From: Octopus bimaculoides
Taxonomy: Eukaryota
NCBI RefSeq assembly: GCF_001194135.2
Contig: NC_068998.1
Span: 8,142,233-8,174,996, forward strand
Direction of reading: 5' to 3'
DNA: 32,764 bases
Below are positions 25,186 to 32,764 of the stretch, piece after piece. Under the pieces are notes generated by a model. That model was not told where the DNA came from, did no database searches, and worked only from the letters and a program-made list of their open reading frames with translations. Position 1 is the stretch's first letter. The number at the start of each line of letters is the position of its first letter. Both the position numbers and the translations under genes were made by a program.

Positions 25186-26041
25186 GATGAGCCTCACAAG
25201 TACAGCGGTAAGTACAGCTACATAACACTGATTTCTGTCAGCCCACAAATGACGTCAGGAGTGGAACGTAACTGACAACATATGTCAATAAACTACACTC
25301 GTAGCTAATAATGGAGTCCGAATGTGGTCGCTACACTTGCTAAAATGGTAAAATGTATTTTCTCACATCACAGCATAACATTAGTAAACAAATATACATT
25401 AAGGTAATATATCTGGGTGCAGGTCACTCAGGAAAAATACTCAGGATATGGTCATCAATTAGATTTCTATGAACATAGGTCTGCTCGATCAGTCATGACT
25501 AGAAGTGGGCAAAATCTATAACAAATTAAAATACTCATGTACATACATTGACACAAACCAGAATATGTAATATTGCAGTTTGAGAATGCTACATCGAGTA
25601 GAGCTGTGACACTGAGAGATAGTAAAACAGCGATAAGAAAACATTTTGAAATCTGACAATCGTAATAATGGATGCTCGCATTAAGAGAAAGAAGACAGAA
25701 ATAGAATGTCAGAAAGGTGGTTGTAGAAGAATATAGTTATACAGAAACGTGTACAAAAGTTTCTATAAAATGGCTAATGTAGTACCAGAAATATTGCTGT
25801 AAGTCTTATAAAGCCCAATAACTCCTGTGAACCAAATGATTGATTGATGCAACGCGAAGCAACAATCTGGCAGGATAGAGTGAGATGTAACTGAGGTTCA
25901 AACGACAAACGTTAAAATAGAAACATTATTGAATTAAAAGCGGTATTTTGGATATGTTTATATTTGCGAAACAATAAAGATAACGCAGAAATATAAATCT
26001 AAAGGATTTCGATATGAAGTGATTAAAGGGATGGTCGCTAT

Positions 26042-26161
26042 ATATTCTTTTCTACAGGGTGCCATTCGATTAGATCGACCCCAGTACGCAACTGGTACTT
26101 AATTTATCGACCCCAAAAGGATGAAAGGCAAACTAGACCGCGGCGGACTATAAATCAGAAC
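26042..26161 (-). mobile_element. SINE family A, central part, head truncated by the adjacent mariner composite
   Basis: tcgattagatcgaccccagtacgcaactggtacttaatttatcgaccccaaaaggatgaaaggcaaa...cggcggactataaatcagaac, with the tail remnant atattcttttctac at 26042. Confidence 0.88.
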
Positions 26162-26186
26162 TGGAAATAACAGTCAAGTTGCAGAA

Positions 26187-26560
26187 TATTAGGTTGTCAA
26201 GAAAGTTCTTGCGGAATATTAGTTTTAAATGAGGCATTTTCAAATTAATTTTCGTTAAATTACTTTTCCCTTCTTTTACGCACCAAGAATGACTTGTTTC
26301 TCGACTGGATTGTGACTTGCGATGAAAAGTGGATTCTTTACGACAACCGGTGACGCTCAGCTCAGTGGTTGGAAGCCGACGAAGTACCACGGCATTTCCC
26401 GAAGCCAAATTTGCACCAGAAGAAGGTCATATTGACTGTTTGGTGGTCTGCAACCGGTTTCATCCATCACAGCTTTTTGGAACCAGGCGAAACCATTACG
26501 TCGGAGAAATACTGTCAGAAAATGGATGAAATGCATACAAAAACTCCGACAACAACAGCC
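26187..26560 (+). mobile_element. Internally deleted, 3'-truncated mariner (Tc1/mariner DD34D, Hsmar1/cecropia-like) DNA transposon remnant
   Basis: TA at 26187-88 is followed by TTAGGTTGTCAAGAAAGTTCTTGCGG, resembling the Hsmar1 left TIR (TTAGGTTGGTGCAAAAGTAATTGCGG). About 50 bp later the sequence jumps into the transposase catalytic region. No right TIR is seen. Confidence 0.88.
26267..26560 (+). pseudogene. Mariner transposase pseudogene fragment (N-terminal part of the catalytic domain)
   Basis: Translates as [89 protein letters not shown], then a 1-nt frameshift to QKLRQQQP. It contains the first catalytic Asp (TCDEKW) and the mariner WILYDN and KKVxxTVWW motifs. The in-frame TGA sits where Arg (CGA) is expected. 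The WVPHEL and YSPDLAP regions are absent. Confidence 0.95.
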
Positions 26561-27117
26561 AGGTATGTCTACCTGCTGGAAATAACAGTGAAACTCTTAT
26601 TTAAATCTCCGAAACAAACAATGATAATACAGACGGTTGATTTCTGTAGTTATTACCTTGTTTCCGAATATTTCTGCGGCAATACACAGTTTCCGCCAAC
26701 GAAATTGAGAATCACAAGTTGAAACTATGGACAAAAGGCGCCATACAGTTGTCCAAATTTAGCCTGAAAGACAATAGAGAAAAATATGAAACTTTCCGAC
26801 ATTATTCTTATTCGAAATTACTGCCATACATGCGGATATGTCACCAGGAGTTGTGTCAGTAAACCAGAAGTCTATATGGATAATAACAAAGATATTTGCA
26901 TTTTATTACTGTACCGAAGATTCAGTACAATGGAATTGAAATTGAAACCTGTTGTTTACGAACTGACTATGTTATTCAAATAACTACGACTGCGCCCAGA
27001 GATAGAAAATGTCTGAGAAAACAAATGGGACAGAAATACAGTGAGTGCAATATTGACTATATGTCTGTAGAAAGTGAACAAACATATTGATGAAAAACAA
27101 AACAATAAGACCGATAT

Positions 27118-27118
27118 C

Positions 27119-27160
<42 letters not shown>

Positions 27161-27190
27161 AGCAGCTGCAGCAATAGCAACAACAGCTTC
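27118..27190. repeat. (CAA)14 followed by imperfect CAG/CAA repeats
   Basis: Counted from the sequence. Confidence 0.95.
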
Positions 27191-27564
27191 AACATTTCGA
27201 AAAACCAACAACATTAACAAAATTTTTTTTTTTAAATACGAAAGAGCACCAAAAAGTTGAAGCAAATTAAATATTTTTGCAGATAGAAAATTTAAAATTT
27301 ACGAAAAGTAGATGAGTTGAAATTTAAGAAACTAATGTCCTTGCGAGGACACTGAATACACACTTTCTTTTCTTTTTTTTTTGTTTTGCTTTTAAATTCA
27401 CAAAATCTAATAAAAAGAATAAATTATGTATAATTATCTTATGGAATGAGATTAAAGTTAGAAAACATGCTTCGAGTGTCAAAAGAATGATTATGAATCT
27501 GTAAAATCAATAAAGTGCACACAGCAGCTTTAAAAGAAATTAATGAAAATACAATATAGTATGT

Positions 27565-27676
27565 ATCTATGTATGTATGTATGTATGAATGGATGGATGG
27601 GTGGATGTATGGAAGTATGGATGTCTGTATNNNNNNNNNNAATGGATGGATGGGTGGATGTATGGAAGTATGGATG

Positions 27677-27719
<43 letters not shown>

Positions 27720-27750
27720 GTATGTATGGATGGATATATGGATGTATGTA
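27565..27750. repeat. (ATGT)/(ATGG)/(TA) compound tetranucleotide repeat
   Basis: Read directly; includes a 10-N gap. Confidence 0.92.
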
Positions 27751-27771
27751 TATGTATGTTTTTTTTTGTTT

Positions 27772-28010
27772 TTTTCTTATTTTAATTATTTCAGTTGTTG
27801 GAATGCGATCATGCTGGGGCACCGCCTTGAAGTGTTTCTACTCGAATGAAAGATTCCCCAGGACTTTTTATTTTTTATATTTTTTGTAAAACTGGAATGT
27901 ATACTATAGGTATTCTTTTTTCTGTTGTCTTTTTGCCGAACCGCTACGTTACGATGGTGTAAACGCACAAGCAATGTTTATCAGGTGATGTGAGAGACAA
28001 ACACAGACAG
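27772..28010 (-). mobile_element. SINE family B, 3' domain
   Basis: catgctggggcaccgcc...ccccaggactt...ttttgccgaaccgctacgttacg...gtaaac is the reverse complement of the 22621-22830 domain. Confidence 0.82.
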
Positions 28011-28020
28011 AAAGATTCAC

Positions 28021-28187
28021 ATTTTAGGGAGGATGATAGTCAATGCCTTCGAAACCTGTACTCATCTGATAATTTATTTCATCGACCCGGAAGGAATGGA
28101 AGGCAAAGGTGACCACGGTAGAATTTGAAATCAGAAAGTAAGGAGGAAAGAAACACCGCTAAGTAATTCGTCCGGAAATGGATAACA
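28021..28187 (-). mobile_element. SINE family A, copy 1 of the tandem cluster
   Basis: atttatttcatcgacccggaaggaatggaaggcaaaggtgaccacggtagaatttgaaatcagaaagtaagg...ccgctaagtaattcgtccgg. Confidence 0.82.
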
Positions 28188-28209
28188 TATCATATGTAAC
28201 ATATCGATC

Positions 28210-28411
28210 TCAAAGTTTGGGCAGCAGGACAGTAATTCCAGTGGAAGAATTAAGTCGCTTACATCGACCCCCACCCAGTGCTCAACTGGTATATATTTTA
28301 TCGACCCCCAGTCCTCAACTTATTTTATCGACCCCGAAAAGATGAGAGACAATGTCAACCTCGGCGTCATTTTAATTCAGATCATAAAGACGGATGAAAT
28401 GCTGCTAATCA
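28210..28411 (-). mobile_element. SINE family A, copy 2 of the cluster, with an internal duplication
   Basis: gtcgcttacatcgacccc...cagtgctcaactggta...ttttatcgaccccgaaaagatgag...gtcaacctcggcg...aaagacggatgaaatgctgctaa. The motif ttttatcgacccc is duplicated at about 28297-28335. Confidence 0.85.
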
Positions 28412-28626
28412 TATACTTTCTCTTATAGCGACAAGGAATGAAATTTTGTGGGAGAGGTCACGTCGATTACATTTACCTCAGTGCGATACTGATATTTATT
28501 TCATCGATCCCCATAAGAATAAAAGAAAAAGTCAACCTCAGTGGAGTTTGAACTCAGAGGGCAAAGACGGACATTTTCCTGCTATGCATTTCTTCCATCG
28601 CACTAACGATTCTGCCAGCTCGCTAC
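28412..28626 (-). mobile_element. SINE family A, copy 3 of the cluster, full length
   Basis: Runs from the tail (gacaaggaatgaaatttt) to the head (tttgaactcag...ctaacgattctgccagctcgct), including A- and B-box-like motifs on the minus strand. Confidence 0.88.
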
Positions 28627-28937
28627 TCTAATGAGATGTAACATATCGTCATTAAACTTCTTTCGAAACGCCATTATATTAATGCTACCAATTTGATTAA
28701 ATCACAAATGAAATATATTCTTTCACGGCAAAGCATGATGTAAAATGTGTTTATATATTCGTATACCCAGAAATGCGTACGACCTTGGTTATATATAAAT
28801 GTTATATAGAAAACAAACCCAGCCGCATCACCGACCGTTAACATTAATAATGATTGTAATAATAAGAGCGAAAATACAGGCAAGTTTGTGTTAGAGACAT
28901 AAACAAGCGTATGCGTGGGTGCATTTATATTCATATA

Positions 28938-29012
28938 TGTATATATATATATATATATATATACTATATTAAACAAATCTATATGCATACATATACATAT
29001 GTATACATCCAC

Positions 29013-29086
<74 letters not shown>

Positions 29087-29146
29087 TAGTCGCGGCTATA
29101 ACTAATATTATGTAAGTAAACAAAGTTATATTTATANNNNNNNNNN

Positions 29147-29183
<37 letters not shown>

Positions 29184-29190
29184 GAAAGAG
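28938..29190. repeat. (TA)n/(CATA)n/(CA)n compound microsatellites
   Basis: Read directly from the sequence. Confidence 0.92.
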
Positions 29191-30029
29191 AGAGAGCGAC
29201 ATATATCTACGTACAAATGTACAATCATGTGTGTGTATGTGTGTGTGTATATATTTACAATACAGTTCTATATACATACATTTATTCTCGCAAAGAGAAT
29301 TATCGGCTTTTTGCGCATATACAAAATTCATTGTTGTTTGAAGCAATCCTTATAAAAGATCAAAGAAATGCTGCTAAAATTAACAAAAACGAGAGAGAAT
29401 ATTTTCGACTTAGACACGTCAACACACAAACACTAACGTATTAAATCTAGCTTTTACTTTTAGATTAATAGTGTAAACAAAGTTATAATCATGTGTTTAA
29501 TAATCTTATATTTTTAACTACTCTGGCAATGGACACTTGCATCTATTTCGTATCAACGTTTCTATATACGAGTCTTTCTCCGTGTGTGCGTATAAGTGCG
29601 TGTGAATACATACACCATACGGAGATTGAGAGAAGATAACGATGGAGATAGCAAAATGAGCGAGAATTAAAGAGACACGGGAAGAATATAGATTCTATTT
29701 TGAGTTATCTTCGAGGGAATGAAATTCGTTCACACTGTTTCTATTGAATATAAAAGGAAGCAACTTTCTAATCTAAACTAAATGCGTGAAGATTATTACA
29801 ATAGCATCTTGTTGGCCTGTCTCTTAAGCTGATGTTGTTACTATATTAAGTAAATTCTCCGTCTCTCTATGAACGATCCATAGCATTATTTATCGAAAAT
29901 ATTTACCCTAATAGAGAAATAATGAATTATTCATATTCATTCCTGCAATTGTTCGAATTTTAAGAATTCTAATTGCAAATTACTCAAACACCGCTTGCCG
30001 TGTTTACCTTCAACACAACTGTTATAAGA

Positions 30030-30061
30030 ATATATATATATATAAGTGAGTGTGTGTGTGT

Positions 30062-30143
<82 letters not shown>

Positions 30144-30152
30144 ATGTATATA
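30030..30152. repeat. (TA)n followed by about 45 GT units
   Basis: Read directly from the sequence. Confidence 0.97.
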
Positions 30153-30757
30153 TATACATAAATACTTCTACAGGTGTGCCGTTGACGATTTCCTCCTCAT
30201 CTTTGGGGATTTCTCTCCCTTCTTTCCAGCGAAGCTCTATGCTCCGAACGTCAAACTATCTTCTTTGTTTCACTGGGAGTCAAGCTAATAAATTTCTTGT
30301 GCACGTCCTCACGTTCATATTTTTTGTTTTTGTTTTAATTTCGATTTTTTTAGTTTTAATTATTTGTTTATTTAACTTGATTATGTGTGTGTGCGTGTTT
30401 CTGTATGTGCATGTGTGTGTATGTGTGAGTGTTTATGCGTGTGTAATATGGTTATGCGTGTGTACACCAGGTTGTACGGTGCATGGCATGGATAAATCAA
30501 TGGTAGGGCAGAAAGAACGCAGGCGGAACTCCAGCAAAAAACAACACCCGGAAAATAGACGATAAAGTAACAAATAGAGAACTGGACTAACACAAGACAC
30601 ACGGATCATTCGCAGCCAATTTCCTCGTCAGTTAGTGTCCGGAAAGTCCTAGCTGTTTCGCGCTTTTTTACCACAGAGACCGCCCGAATCTAACAAGTAC
30701 CAGAGCATTAAGATAATAGCAACAACCTTACGTATCTTTCTTGTTCTTGTTTTCGTT

Positions 30758-31026
30758 CTAAGTTACGGGGACGTAAACACATCAGCATCGGTTGTCAAGC
30801 GATGTTGGGGGGGGGGACAAACACAGACACACAAACATACACACACACACACACACACATATAAACATATATATGAGAGGCTTCTTTCAGTTTCCACCTA
30901 CCAATCCACTCACCGGCTTTGGTCGGCCCGAGACTATAGTAGAAGACACTTGCCCAAGATGCCACGCAGTGGGACTGAACCCGGAAACATGTGGTTGGTA
31001 AGCAAGCTACCTACCACACAGCCACT
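30758..31026 (-). mobile_element. SINE family B: tRNA-like head, internal (TG/TA) microsatellite and start of the 3' domain
   Basis: On the minus strand: tggctgtgtggtag (A-box-like), ggttcagtccc (B-box-like, 30971-30981), cttgggcaagtgtcttctactatag (core), ggaaactgaaagaagcc, then TA/TG repeats, then catcgcttgacaaccgatgctgatgtgtttacgtccccgtaacttag. Confidence 0.9.
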
Positions 31027-31406
31027 GCCACGTCTTACACAAAAAGACGCACAAATACATAAGGATACATTTACTGAGAGAGTGAGAAAGAGTGAAGTTT
31101 CTTGTTCAGAGTTGGGCTTTTGTTGATGAGATGTATTTGATTCTAGTTTCATAACCGATTCAGAGGTGTATCAGGCTAACTGGATTTAGTTATTTTACAA
31201 ATTGTGCAATGTTTACCTAACATGCATAAATAAAATACATTTGGTATTCTAGTTATGTCTATGAGACCTATAAGCACATTCCAGATTATTGAGAGCATTC
31301 CAATATACAACGGAAAGAAAGATTATAATAACTCAATTTTCAGACCTCAATTACCTCAAAATGTTGCAAGTCCATTTAACCTATTTTAATATTACGACAA
31401 CAAAGA

Positions 31407-31601
31407 ATGTATGTATGTATGTGTATATGTATGTATATATANNNNNNNNNNNNNNNNNNNNNNNNNNNNNNNTATGTATGTATATACATGTATGTACATA
31501 CATGTATGTATGTATGTCTGCATGTATGTGTGCATGCATGAATGTGTCAGTATACGTTTAAACATATATATATTTGTGTGTGTGTATGTGTGAACGTATA
31601 C

Positions 31602-31640
<39 letters not shown>
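31407..31640. repeat. (TATG)n/(TA)n compound microsatellite around gap 31442-31472
   Basis: Read directly from the sequence. Confidence 0.92.
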
Positions 31641-31641
<1 letters not shown>

Positions 31642-32764
31642 TGTGTACACACATACACAATGCACACATGTCAAAATACGTCTCGGAAGATGCGTGTAGG
31701 AGTCTGTGAATTGTCTTTCTTACGAAAGTATCTTCATGTTTTCTTTTGTTTTATTTGTTGTATTTATGTCGTAATTTTTCTCTTTATTGTGAGGCAATAT
31801 GATTGACGTAGACATGACTGTCGAAAAATGCAAATTTTATCTTTAAATTCATACGTCATCCGTGACGTTGGTATGTTCATGTCTTGGAATATTTAGCAAC
31901 TGTATTTATTTTCGATTTGGGCTATATTAGCTATAATGCGTCCTTCACTATGTATTAATTTTGTGGTAAATCTTACATTTCATGTTAGTATTATCAACTA
32001 TTGTTTCCTCATTCTATTTAATAGGTACCTGTATTTCATTTTAATCGCTGATTGCTATATTGTTCTGTTGTTTATATAAGAGGACGTTCAACTTGTACAG
32101 CTAATCTAAATATTCGGTGTAATGAAAATGATAAGCTTCACGTCTACAATTGAAATTAGTAAATGCGTCGTACATTTGTAACTTCTTCGCGGTTCAGCGT
32201 GTATATGGCTTCCTGTTGATAAGGAGGTCTGTGATTTTATAATATTAGCAATATATCGGTGTTAGTTTATGATAGACACGATGCATTATATATTCTAATT
32301 TATGGGATTTCTGATAATATGTTCGTCTCCACTATTCTTAATATGCATTCGTTTCATAATAATACAATTTATGTGTGAAATGAGTATTTTTAATGGCGGT
32401 TACACCTGTTGTAAGATTTGTATGGTATTTGTGCATATCCTGTTCAGTGGTATGCTCTACTGTACACACAGACATATGCATGAGCAGATAGATTCATACA
32501 CACGTATATAATATGAAGATATGTATGAATTCGAAATACGAGAGTAGACAAACAGCCAACAAGTGATGAGGGGATCGTTCTTTATGATGTCTGTCTTTGT
32601 TTTCCATTAGTGTCTTTCGTTGTTCGAAAAAATAGTTCATATTCCATGTACTCGTACTTCGTATTTTTTTTTTGTACACGTTTCATGACGTCCTGTGCCC
32701 ACATATGCATGTATATTATATATACATATAGATGTATGTACATATACATATGTATATATGCATA

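Noticed and set aside
25250-25257. Full CRE (TGACGTCA), plus TGACGT half-sites at 31804 and 31853-31868
   Set aside because: Short motifs expected by chance at this window size; no promoter context established.
26148-26722. ORFs 26148-26408 (-), 26329-26529 (+) and the tail of 26369-26722 (+)
   Set aside because: Shadow frames or read-through of the mariner pseudogene; only 26267-26560 has transposase homology.
27588-27683. Exact 43-bp duplication on either side of a 10-N gap
   Set aside because: Typical unmerged contig overlap in scaffolding; most likely an assembly artefact.
28021-28626. Regularly spaced repeats that might suggest a CRISPR-like or satellite array; 61-aa ORF at 28446-28631
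   Set aside because: The units are about 200-bp diverged SINE copies without unique spacers; the ORF is antisense SINE sequence.
30185-30215. DDFLLIFGDF resembling the LINE endonuclease xxxGDFN motif
   Set aside because: The conserved Asn and the flanking endonuclease motifs are missing.
30520-30690. CCAAT, CCGGAA and GC-box-like motifs suggesting a promoter
   Set aside because: Short motifs with no downstream gene or CpG-island-scale signal visible.

Overview
AT-rich, microsatellite-dense eukaryotic non-coding DNA from a short-read scaffold. It has 12 N-gaps totalling 3,673 bp (about 11%), most flanked by dinucleotide repeats. The interspersed repeats match tRNA-derived SINE families I recall from Octopus (coleoid cephalopod) genomes. 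That taxon call and the family consensus sequences are from memory, not from a search. No protein-coding gene can be supported: every long ORF in the track is a microsatellite read-through, a gap-spanning artefact or antisense SINE sequence. The only recognisable coding sequence is a decayed, internally deleted mariner (Hsmar1/SETMAR-like) transposase fragment at 26.2-26.6 kb. Otherwise the window holds about 17 SINE or SINE-like copies from 3-4 families, many simple repeats, a perfect 42-bp palindrome, a G-quadruplex motif and a few unverified splice-site-bounded candidate exons. I found no well-supported new biological system; the findings are modest leads.
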